From IMG/VR virus record IMGVR_UViG_3300045988_049113, positions 1-36,702 of that record: a stretch of DNA of 36,702 nucleotides. One strand, 5' to 3'. This stretch comes from a virus. The position numbers were made by a program, and so were the translations under genes. The notes under the pieces are model-generated. The model ran no database searches. It was not told the origin of the DNA and saw nothing but the letters and a program-made list of their open reading frames with translations. This document shows positions 9,507 to 16,919 of the stretch, in pieces; the stretch's first letter is position 1; each line of letters begins with the position of its first letter.

Positions 9507-10155
9507 TTACTCACCTCCCCCGAATGCCCTTTTTATCATCATTTCAAGAGCCGTTAAATCGCTCTGTATCTGTTTTGGAGTTTTCTCCGCAAGCTGTTTC
9601 TTTGCACGAAATGCCGCCCACTCATGCCGTATGCGATTTTCATACGGCGAAAAGTGTTTGAGCATCTCCTTGTTATCCTCGCTTCGTATCCGCACTGTCT
9701 GACCGAGCGGAGTATCATTCATAATGCCGGATACAAGGCTCAGCCAGTCAGAATAGTGCAGATTGTCCTGCTCGGACGGCAGTATGTGATACTGTTTTGC
9801 TATCGACTGACGTATCAGCTCACGGTCATACTCGATGTCGTACCAGACTTCATTACTCGTGAAATCGCTCGGTATCTTCCTGTCCCGTCATGGCGGATAT
9901 TACTATCTCGGACAGCTTCTGATATGCCGCCCACGGCATATTCATTTCGCTTATCTCCTTAGCGGCGGCAGGCTCGAACGCCAGCTTGAACATCTCGTCA
10001 ATCTTTTCAATGTCCTTCTTTTCGCCGTTATTGTAAAGCGCCATTACCTTCTTGACCGTCTTTTCACGATCGTCTACCTTGTAGACCTTTTCACCGATTC
10101 TGATTTCGGGAACGCCCACGAGTAACTTTTCATCAAGTGTGTACATCTTAGCCAT
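9507..10155 (-). CDS. Putative G-T tail chaperone fusion made by a +1 frameshift near 9861-9864
   Basis: The frame of the 71-aa ORF 9507-9722 stays open upstream to 9887 with no ATG, GTG or TTG. It overlaps the end of the G ORF in the +1 frame. The G-frame UUU (9864-9862) is followed by C, so a UUU-to-UUC slip is possible. The -1 frame closes quickly. Confidence 0.4.
9853..10155 (-). CDS. Tail assembly chaperone (gpG analogue)
   Basis: A 100-aa acidic ORF directly downstream of the major tail gene and upstream of the tape measure. Confidence 0.65.
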   Translation of the reverse strand: MAKMYTLDEKLLVGVPEIRIGEKVYKVDDREKTVKKVMALYNNGEKKDIEKIDEMFKLAFEPAAAKEISEMNMPWAAYQKLSEIVISAMTGQEDTERFHE

Positions 10156-10169
10156 TGTATTTATCTCCT

Positions 10170-10619
10170 TTACTTTGCGTCTGTAAATGTGGGCTTGCCG
10201 TCCGACATGATGTCAAACGCAAGAGGTGCTACCGCTGTGGAATCGCCCGATTCCCACTCCGTCACGTTTATAACGCACGGTATTGTCAGCGTTGCGCCGC
10301 TGGGGAACGTCCACACTACAGTTGTGTGGCTGTCTGCGCCTGTTTTGAGTGCAAGTCCTGCAACATAATCGTTGCCTGCGTCACCGATGTTTCTCTTGCC
10401 GGATACGCTGACGGTCAGTGCCTTACCTGTCACAAGTCTTCTTGTCCAGCCTTCCTGATCGAACGGCTTCCACTCCTCGACATTGCCGTCAATGGAAACC
10501 GAAAAGCTCTCCATATCGGCAATAGTTACAAGATTCTCGGCTGTCGCACCTGTTCCGCCTGTCTTGTCAATCTTGAACTGATTTTCATATACGGGATATA
10601 CTCCTGTTTTGTTAGCCAT
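10170..10619 (-). CDS. Major tail protein
   Basis: A 149-aa beta-rich protein in the canonical position upstream of the G/T chaperones. The composition resembles TP901-1/phi13-type major tail proteins. Confidence 0.7.
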   Translation of the reverse strand: MANKTGVYPVYENQFKIDKTGGTGATAENLVTIADMESFSVSIDGNVEEWKPFDQEGWTRRLVTGKALTVSVSGKRNIGDAGNDYVAGLALKTGADSHTTVVWTFPSGATLTIPCVINVTEWESGDSTAVAPLAFDIMSDGKPTFTDAK

Positions 10620-10621
10620 TG

Positions 10622-11014
10622 TTAATTACTCCTTTCGTAATAAACCGTCACATCAATAACGTACTCGCAGATACCTCTTTCATCTCTGCCTGCGTTATGC
10701 GCCTCACTGCAACTCAAAAAGCCGACCGTGTGCCCCCCGGCAACATAGCCGTGTACATCGGTCAGCTTATCAAGTATTTCGTTTGCCGCACTCTCGGCTG
10801 TTGTCGGATTGTCCGTCCAGTGTATCAGTACGCTGATGTGCTTTTCAAGTGTTTTCGTGCAAGGCTTACCGCCTATGCTGATTTTCTTAGGATAGGTGTT
10901 TTTTGACGCATACACGCCGATACACTTATCCTTATTTGCGTCTATACAGCCTGCGTATACATTCTCTATGCCGAGAACATCAGCAAGCATATCGGCTGTT
11001 TCAAGTAACGTCAT
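10622..11014 (-). CDS. Tail terminator / head-tail joining protein (minor_capsid-type family)
   Basis: 130 aa, immediately upstream of the major tail gene. The call is positional. Confidence 0.45.
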   Translation of the reverse strand: MTLLETADMLADVLGIENVYAGCIDANKDKCIGVYASKNTYPKKISIGGKPCTKTLEKHISVLIHWTDNPTTAESAANEILDKLTDVHGYVAGGHTVGFLSCSEAHNAGRDERGICEYVIDVTVYYERSN

Positions 11015-11436
11015 ACGCCTGTTTTTCCCTTAAATATTTTTGTGAACGAGTTTTTGACAAAATCCTTTTTGTCACCTGTTATGTACGGCTCAAGCCAGTG
11101 ATCAGTCCTGCCGTTGCGGAATTTCAACTTTTTGTCGGTCACTTCTTTCTTTATACCGCTCTTTGCCCAAGCACTTTTGGTATTTGGGTCGATCATCAGC
11201 TTGCCATAGTAGAGATACCGAGAGTATAAAGCACTGTGGTCAATCGTGGCGATGACAGTATTACCGCTTTTTTCCGAACGAACAAATATGCCGTTGATGA
11301 GGTCGCCCTGGTCAAGCGGTGCTGTGTTCTGTACTTCGGTAACCACCTGCTCCATCGCCGCTTGCGCACTGTCAAGCACTGCTTTTTCAATCTTTGCTAT
11401 TGCAGCCTTATCAAGCTTTACGGTTACTTTTATCAC
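11011..11436 (-). CDS. Head-tail adaptor (HK97 gp10-like position)
   Basis: 141 aa, translationally coupled to its neighbours. The call is positional. Confidence 0.45.
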   Translation of the reverse strand: MIKVTVKLDKAAIAKIEKAVLDSAQAAMEQVVTEVQNTAPLDQGDLINGIFVRSEKSGNTVIATIDHSALYSRYLYYGKLMIDPNTKSAWAKSGIKKEVTDKKLKFRNGRTDHWLEPYITGDKKDFVKNSFTKIFKGKTGV

Positions 11437-11786
11437 TATATCAGCTCCAGTCTTGTGTAATTTACCGTCCCGTCGGGGTTTTTAGCCTTTTCCGAGCCGT
11501 ATATCTTGTACTCTCTGCCACCTATCTCCACAGCTCCGTCAACTATCGGGCTGTCCGGGGCAATATCCCCGCAGAAAAGAGCCTCGCCAGACAGCGTTAT
11601 AAGCTGTTTTTCTGCGGATAATTTCTGCCGTGCTTTTTCCGAATGGAAGCATTTACCCTCAAATATGGCCGTCCGTTTCTTTGAACCGTCACGGTTAAGT
11701 CCGTCTGTACGATAAACGGTACAAGATGTTGTACAAACCCTTTCGGGTACAAGTTTCGGATATTTCATTATAACCCCCTGTAGCAA
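11436..11786 (-). CDS. Head closure / head-tail joining protein
   Basis: The longest ORF is 116 aa. A likelier start is the ATG at 11768 (MKYPKL), which is preceded by AGGGGG and shares one base with the upstream TAA. Confidence 0.45.
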   Translation of the reverse strand: MLQGVIMKYPKLVPERVCTTSCTVYRTDGLNRDGSKKRTAIFEGKCFHSEKARQKLSAEKQLITLSGEALFCGDIAPDSPIVDGAVEIGGREYKIYGSEKAKNPDGTVNYTRLELI

Positions 11787-12136
11787 AGGCCTGTCTGCAA
11801 CAGCGTGTTGTAAACCTGCCGTGTTGTAGTGACACCGCAGTAATTTATAACCTTAGAGCTGTCAAATGACATTGACACACCGCTGATACTATAGGAACTG
11901 AGCGGGCTGTCAAGCAGCTCAGCATTGTCAAAAACAAATGCTGTCTGCTGTGACAGTGCCAGCCTTACCTTATCCTGCTGAAACGCTGTCAGATTGTCGA
12001 ATCCTATAGCCGTTATGCGGTTGAAGGTCAGTGTGTCGATGTCGCTCTCCGCCCTGTTTTCAAGAGCGTTGTACTGCTGTTCGGTTATCGTACTGTCGGG
12101 GCATAAGGTCTGAAATTCCGCAAAAGTGAGGTACAT
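11768..12136 (-). CDS. Head-tail connector protein (gp6/gp15-like position)
   Basis: 122 aa, first gene after the capsid block. The call is positional. Confidence 0.45.
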   Translation of the reverse strand: MYLTFAEFQTLCPDSTITEQQYNALENRAESDIDTLTFNRITAIGFDNLTAFQQDKVRLALSQQTAFVFDNAELLDSPLSSYSISGVSMSFDSSKVINYCGVTTTRQVYNTLLQTGLCYRGL

Positions 12137-12360
12137 TAAGCCTCACCCTTTTTTGTCTTTGCCGCCCTTACCTGAGCAAGCTCATCACGGAGCTTTGCTA
12201 TCTCCGCCTGAGCCTTTTCATATTCGGCATACGGCACGGTAGCCTGCGGAGAATGCTCCACAGCCCCGTTATCGCCGATTATGTCATACCCCTGTGCAAG
12301 ATATGACTTCTTCTCGGCTTCCGTGATAGTATACTGCTTGTTTGCCTTTATTGCTACCAT
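12136..12360 (-). CDS. Hypothetical small head-module protein
   Basis: 74 aa with a C-terminal helical, charged tail, between the capsid and connector genes. Confidence 0.45.
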   Translation of the reverse strand: MVAIKANKQYTITEAEKKSYLAQGYDIIGDNGAVEHSPQATVPYAEYEKAQAEIAKLRDELAQVRAAKTKKGEA

Positions 12361-12370
12361 AGTTACCTCC

Positions 12371-13450
12371 TTAGTATGTTACGACTATAGCCTTTGCGTT
12401 GCCGGGAGCGGTATTGAATGTTATCACGCCCGATGACTTGTCATAGCTGTAGTCTGTTGTCGCTGTGCCGTCCACAGTTACGCCGATGAGCTTTTCGGGC
12501 TTGTCGGTCACCGTAAATGTCGTGGCTGAGCCGTTACCTGCGAATGTCTGCGTCAGAGCAGATACATTCATGATACAGCCGTCAACAAACAGGTGATCTA
12601 TCGCAAATGTACCGTTGTACTTGCGGTTCTGGTACAGATAGTTGTCTGCCGTTCTGCTGTCAGAGCCGGGAGCAAACAGATGTATATATGCGTACTTATC
12701 TCTTGACACCTGGCATTCGGGGTCAATGAGAATGTAGTTTATCTGCTTTGCGCCGACACCGGACTTACAGCCGTCCGTGAAATCGTACACGGTCTTGAAA
12801 CGAGCTGAGGGAACTGTAACGATATTGCCTATATCGTCAACGGAATGGATACGTCTGTCGATACCGCCGCCGCTCTTGATGTCGAGCGTTCTCTGAATAC
12901 CCTCTGCGTTCTTGAGTATCGTCTTATAGTCTGCGGTGACATAGAGTATCATTCTGTCGAGGGGTACGCCCTTATCTTCAAGCGTCTTGAGATTCTCGTC
13001 AAAATCCTTGAGGACGTTCTCGATCGTGAGCTTGTCGTGCTTTATTGTTGCACCCACTCTTACAGCCTCTGCATACAGCTTTGAGAATGTATAGCTGTCG
13101 TGTTCGGGGATTGCCTGCGTCCTGTCGAAACGGCTCTGAATGTTCGCCAGTGATACAACGGTATCGGTTTCGTCAAAGTCCATAGGATCTACTACGAACT
13201 CGATAGAACGGTCGTGATCGAGCGTCTTTGTTTCGTAGTTGTTCTCGTATGTACCCTGAGGAAAGCCGAGAGATGCTCTTGTGTGGTCCTTATAGCCGGA
13301 TACCGACAGCGTGGGTATCTTGATTGTTTTTCCGCCTCTGAGCTGAATATCGGAATTTGAGTGATAGAGAGCGTCGGCCTTTGATTCCTGACCGTAAAGC
13401 TCTCTGAGCTGATTGGTATACTGTTCAGCATAGTTGATTGTGTTTGACAT
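12371..13450 (-). CDS. Major capsid protein with C-terminal Ig-like extension
   Basis: 359 aa directly after the scaffold gene. The last roughly 60 aa (GNGSATTFTVTDKPEKLIGVTVDGTATTDYSYDKSSGVITF) look like a beta-sandwich or Ig-like decoration domain. Confidence 0.75.
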   Translation of the reverse strand: MSNTINYAEQYTNQLRELYGQESKADALYHSNSDIQLRGGKTIKIPTLSVSGYKDHTRASLGFPQGTYENNYETKTLDHDRSIEFVVDPMDFDETDTVVSLANIQSRFDRTQAIPEHDSYTFSKLYAEAVRVGATIKHDKLTIENVLKDFDENLKTLEDKGVPLDRMILYVTADYKTILKNAEGIQRTLDIKSGGGIDRRIHSVDDIGNIVTVPSARFKTVYDFTDGCKSGVGAKQINYILIDPECQVSRDKYAYIHLFAPGSDSRTADNYLYQNRKYNGTFAIDHLFVDGCIMNVSALTQTFAGNGSATTFTVTDKPEKLIGVTVDGTATTDYSYDKSSGVITFNTAPGNAKAIVVTY

Positions 13451-13468
13451 TTTTACACCTTACCTTTC

Positions 13469-13993
13469 TTACTTCTTTTTCTTGATACCGAATGCGTTAT
13501 CAAGTCTGCTGTTGTCGGGCTTTTCTTCCTTGTCGGAACTGCCTGCTCCGACCTTGAAGCCGCCCTGCTTCTTGCTGTCGCCCACGTCAGCCTTCATATC
13601 GGGATATTTCTTGACTACCGCCGACAGTGCCGAGTTGATGTCCTCGCTTTTGCCGGACTTGACGTAGCTTTCGGCAATAGCCACAGCATCGTCCATACAA
13701 TCGGGCTTCACACCGAGCGACATTGCGGCTATCTGTGTTTTCAGCCTTAAAATCTCCTCGTCCTTTGCATCAGGAACGGCGGGAGCAGGCTCAGGTTCGG
13801 GCTTATCCGCCTTTTCTTCGGGCTTATCGTCCTTCTTTTCCTCTGCCTTGCTCTCATCGGGCTTGTCTGCCGTGCCGTTATCGTCCGCCTGCTTATTGTC
13901 GGCGGGCTTCTCTTCGGGCTTTGGCTCGTCCTTCTGCTCCGGTGCGGGAGCGGGCTTCTTCTCCTCTTCGGGAGTTTTCTTTTCGGGTTCCAT
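13469..13993 (-). CDS. Scaffolding protein
   Basis: 174 aa with a low-complexity Pro/Glu/Lys N-terminus and a helical C-terminus, immediately upstream of the capsid gene. Confidence 0.6.
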   Translation of the reverse strand: MEPEKKTPEEEKKPAPAPEQKDEPKPEEKPADNKQADDNGTADKPDESKAEEKKDDKPEEKADKPEPEPAPAVPDAKDEEILRLKTQIAAMSLGVKPDCMDDAVAIAESYVKSGKSEDINSALSAVVKKYPDMKADVGDSKKQGGFKVGAGSSDKEEKPDNSRLDNAFGIKKKK

Positions 13994-14022
13994 TGCTTTT
14001 CCTCGCTTTCTTTGATTTTGGG

Positions 14023-14051
14023 TATAAAAATACCGCCCTCGTGGAGCGGTA
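14023..14051 (-). terminator. Rho-independent terminator downstream of the lipoprotein gene
   Basis: On the minus strand, the TACCGC...GCGGTA stem is followed by TTTTTAT, 7 nt after the stop. Its framework is identical to the hairpin at 14486-14522. Confidence 0.65.
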
Positions 14052-14057
14052 AAATTA

Positions 14058-14456
14058 TCAGTCTTTATTTGTAAAAGTAATCGGTATAATCATTTCCGGC
14101 AGAAAATTCATTTCATAATGATATTTATCAACGTAAGCACCGCTTACGTCTTCCACTGTGTACATTGTCCAGTCATTCAAATACACATAATCAACCTTGT
14201 ACACGTTCGGAGCAACTTCTATCGTTACAACCAGCTCGTTTGCTTCGTTGTTTGAAATAGAAAAATTACCAATAAGCTCAAGCACTGGTTTGTCGCTCCT
14301 TGCATTGATAACCGACAACCGCCTTGTCACATTGAAGTTATCGGCTTCTTTCTGCACATTGTACGTCACTCTGTCAGCTTCCGTGCAACCACACAGAAGA
14401 ACCGCCGTCAGTATAAATCCGGCTCCGGAAATAATGATTTTCTTAATTTTGTTCAT
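14058..14456 (-). CDS. Lipoprotein (moron inserted in the head module)
   Basis: The signal peptide has a lipobox: MNKIKKIIISGAGFILTAVLLCGC. It is flanked on both sides by terminator hairpins. It is unrelated to virion assembly genes. Confidence 0.75.
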   Translation of the reverse strand: MNKIKKIIISGAGFILTAVLLCGCTEADRVTYNVQKEADNFNVTRRLSVINARSDKPVLELIGNFSISNNEANELVVTIEVAPNVYKVDYVYLNDWTMYTVEDVSGAYVDKYHYEMNFLPEMIIPITFTNKD

Positions 14457-14485
14457 ACTAAAAATCCTTTCGTTCGTATTTTAGA

Positions 14486-14522
14486 TATAAAAATACCGCT
14501 CCAAAAGGGGCGGTAAAATTAT
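14486..14522 (-). terminator. Rho-independent terminator upstream of the lipoprotein gene (twin of 14023-14051)
   Basis: The sequence is TATAAAAATACCGC-loop-GCGGTAAAATTAT. Both flanks (14 and 13 bp) are identical to the other copy, and only the loop differs. Confidence 0.6.
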
Positions 14523-14611
14523 TAAGTTTGCTTGTATTTGCACCGAACTTCACAAAAAAACGGCTGTTTTTGTGAAGTTGGTGTTCAAATCAAGTGCAAT
14601 CAATTGCACAC

Positions 14612-14648
14612 GGGTATAAGAAAACCGCTCACTGATGTGGGCGGTTTT
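14612..14648 (-). terminator. Hairpin terminator after the small acidic ORF
   Basis: On the minus strand, AAAACCGC-12 nt-GCGGTTTT is followed by CTTAT. It overlaps the stop codon at 14647-14649. Confidence 0.5.
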
Positions 14649-14787
14649 ATGAGTTCATTTTTTCTTCCCAGTCTTTTCGGCTTTCTTCGTCCCAGTCTTC
14701 ATCAACAGTTTCTTGGGCTTTTTCCATATCATCTAAAACTTTTTCGATTAACTCATCAGAAATTATTACTTTAGTCTTGCCTTTCAT
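14647..14787 (-). CDS. Small acidic protein (46 aa), not in the ORF track
   Basis: The ATG at 14787 overlaps the TGA of the upstream gene (ATGA coupling). The translation is MKGKTKVIISDELIEKVLDDMEKAQETVDEDWDEESRKDWEEKMNS. A hairpin follows. Confidence 0.5.
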   Translation of the reverse strand: MKGKTKVIISDELIEKVLDDMEKAQETVDEDWDEESRKDWEEKMNS

Positions 14788-16919
14788 ATTATCACCTCTA
14801 ACACTATTTTATTGTTGCGGATTTTTAAAATTCGATATTTCAAATTCTTATCGAATAAAAACTCTCTCTGATTCGGGTATTTGCTCAATAATTCAATATA
14901 CGCACCCTTGCTTCCTTTTTTAGCTATTATTACGATGTTGTAATCACCTTTAAGCGTTCTCGATGAAACAACCGATGTGCTGATAAATTGCTTAGGCTCA
15001 TATATGTCGCCTATTTTCATTCCTTCCACAGGATTGTGTTTAACAGATCGGTAACAGATAATGTCGTGCTTTAACTCAAACTTCGCTATCGCACCCGATA
15101 TAACATCGGAATAATATTTCAAAGTGTCATCTTCGGAAATATCCCCACGAAGCATTGAATTAAGTCTTGCATAGAACTTATCGTCTTTGGGATCTCCGCT
15201 GTTCTTCGTGTACTTCTTGATTGCTCTGATTTCTTCGGGGGACAGACGGTTAATCCATTCATTTGAATCCTCACGCAGTACAGGAACAACAGTATCTGCC
15301 GACAACGGTTCGAAATCTGTTTCCTCTTCTATTATATCACTTTCATCCGAATTGTCAACAGTATCATCTGTAAAATTCTGTACGCTTTCTTCGCTGTCTG
15401 CCGTTGCTTCGACAGGCTGTTTTACAGTTTCCTGTACGTTTTCTGTTGTTTCGGCAGTTTCAACAGCCTTATCGGCTTCATCAGTCATAGCCGCAGTCGG
15501 CGTATCGTCTGTTTCTTCGTTGCTCTGAACGGTCTTTACAGGCTCAGGCTGTACAAAATTCATTGTGTTTTCGTTATTTTCCGGCTCAGAAACGTTATTA
15601 TCCAACTTGGAAATGTTATTTTCCGGCTTAGAAACATAAGGCTCTTTATTTGTCGGAACAGGATTTTTGCTTTCGGTATCGGTAGCTTTAACAGGCGCTT
15701 CTTCCGTTCTCGGAGCTGCCTGCTTCGGCTCACCCTTACCGCTGTAGATCTTCTCCCTCGAATAATCCCTGCGGAGAACATCGTCATGCTCTTTGATAAA
15801 TTCTCTGAGCTTGCCTTGTTCCTCTCGGAGCTTACGCTTATACTCCTTGACCTTCTTCTCGTCCTGCGTGCCCTCAACCTTGCGTTTGAGCGCTCTTATC
15901 TTGCGCTCCATAGCCCGTTGCTTTTCTTCAAGCTCTCGCTGTTCCCGTATCTTCTCGGCAGGAATCGGCTGAGGTATCTTTGTAAGCCCCTCTATGTACT
16001 GCCCCATAGTATGACGGCAGTTAGGGTGGAACAGCCCGCCTCGGATTGCCACAGACAACAGCATAAACCACTTGTCACAGTAGTTTGACTTGCCGAAGTC
16101 GCCGCTTCTCGCACCGTTCCATATCGTGAATACATCATCAATGTAAACCTTGCCCTGATACGGCTCGCAGGTTTCTGAGCAGCCTCCGTACTGCGATATA
16201 AGCACGGTATCATAGCCAAGCTCCGCAAAGCGTTTAGCCGCACCCTGCAATGTTGCCCTTGTGGACGTTGTGCGCAGTGCCATACGCACATAATCGGCAA
16301 TATTAACTCGCCTGCCGTCAGCGTATACAATGCAGTTTATGCCATTGTCGAGAAAGCCCCTTGTTGCAAGGTCGATTGCTTCATTAAGCGTAATTGAGCC
16401 TGTGCCCATCATAAGCTGTACCTTGTTCAGCGTTGTGCGGTAAACATCGTCCATATTACGCACAGCGGCGGTAAGGGCGGTCTTTTCAAGCGTTGTTACG
16501 TCTTCCATCAGCTTATCCATCTTCGGCTTGTTAACACCGAAAAAGTGATCATCCGGTATAGCTGTCGGCGCTTCGGGCGGCTGAGGCTGTGCCGGAACAT
16601 CGGGAACATTGACGCCGCTTTCCGAAACATCAATGACCGACTGCTCCGCTGTATGCTCTCCCTCGTGAAACTGATCCGTCATAAGCTGTCGGGTTTCATC
16701 GTCAATAACATCTACATATTCGTCCGCTATCTGAGCGTTCTCCTTGCGGAAATTGTCAATGTTATTGAGCTTTTCAGCCTGCCACGCTGACCATTCAAAG
16801 CCTTCTTTTTCTTCTTCGGCTTTGTGCCGTGAAAGATTGCGTTTCAGCGAAGCAATGAGCCTTAGCTCTATCTCTTCAAATATCTTTGCAATATCTCTGA
16901 AACTAAGCAAGCTCATCAC
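14784..16919 (-). CDS. Minor head protein (SPP1 gp7 / Mu F-like) fused to a C-terminal ADP-ribosyltransferase domain
   Basis: The N-terminal and central parts carry the Mu-F signature (GGCSETCEPYQGKVY...FHPNCRH). A low-complexity acidic linker follows. The last roughly 160 aa carry an R-S-E ART triad: CYRSV, FISTSV and NQREFLF (the Q-x-E motif). Confidence 0.8.
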   Translation of the reverse strand: MMSLLSFRDIAKIFEEIELRLIASLKRNLSRHKAEEEKEGFEWSAWQAEKLNNIDNFRKENAQIADEYVDVIDDETRQLMTDQFHEGEHTAEQSVIDVSESGVNVPDVPAQPQPPEAPTAIPDDHFFGVNKPKMDKLMEDVTTLEKTALTAAVRNMDDVYRTTLNKVQLMMGTGSITLNEAIDLATRGFLDNGINCIVYADGRRVNIADYVRMALRTTSTRATLQGAAKRFAELGYDTVLISQYGGCSETCEPYQGKVYIDDVFTIWNGARSGDFGKSNYCDKWFMLLSVAIRGGLFHPNCRHTMGQYIEGLTKIPQPIPAEKIREQRELEEKQRAMERKIRALKRKVEGTQDEKKVKEYKRKLREEQGKLREFIKEHDDVLRRDYSREKIYSGKGEPKQAAPRTEEAPVKATDTESKNPVPTNKEPYVSKPENNISKLDNNVSEPENNENTMNFVQPEPVKTVQSNEETDDTPTAAMTDEADKAVETAETTENVQETVKQPVEATADSEESVQNFTDDTVDNSDESDIIEEETDFEPLSADTVVPVLREDSNEWINRLSPEEIRAIKKYTKNSGDPKDDKFYARLNSMLRGDISEDDTLKYYSDVISGAIAKFELKHDIICYRSVKHNPVEGMKIGDIYEPKQFISTSVVSSRTLKGDYNIVIIAKKGSKGAYIELLSKYPNQREFLFDKNLKYRILKIRNNKIVLEVII

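Noticed and set aside
7570-9702. Long plus-strand ORFs (166, 280, 237 and 200 aa) antisense to the tape measure gene
   Set aside because: They are Ser/Phe/Leu/Cys-rich low-complexity translations with no RBS. They lie entirely within a well-supported minus-strand gene and are typical shadow ORFs of an Ala/Lys/Glu-rich coding strand.
9722-9887. Canonical -1 frameshift for the G/T chaperones
   Set aside because: The -1 frame relative to G reaches a stop about 27 codons after the overlap. Only the +1 frame is continuous with the downstream ORF.
15560-16330. Alternative-frame minus-strand ORFs (105 and 112 aa) inside the minor head/ART gene
   Set aside because: They are nested in a gene with clear domain motifs, are Arg/Ser-rich or Cys-rich and of odd composition, and have no independent start signals.
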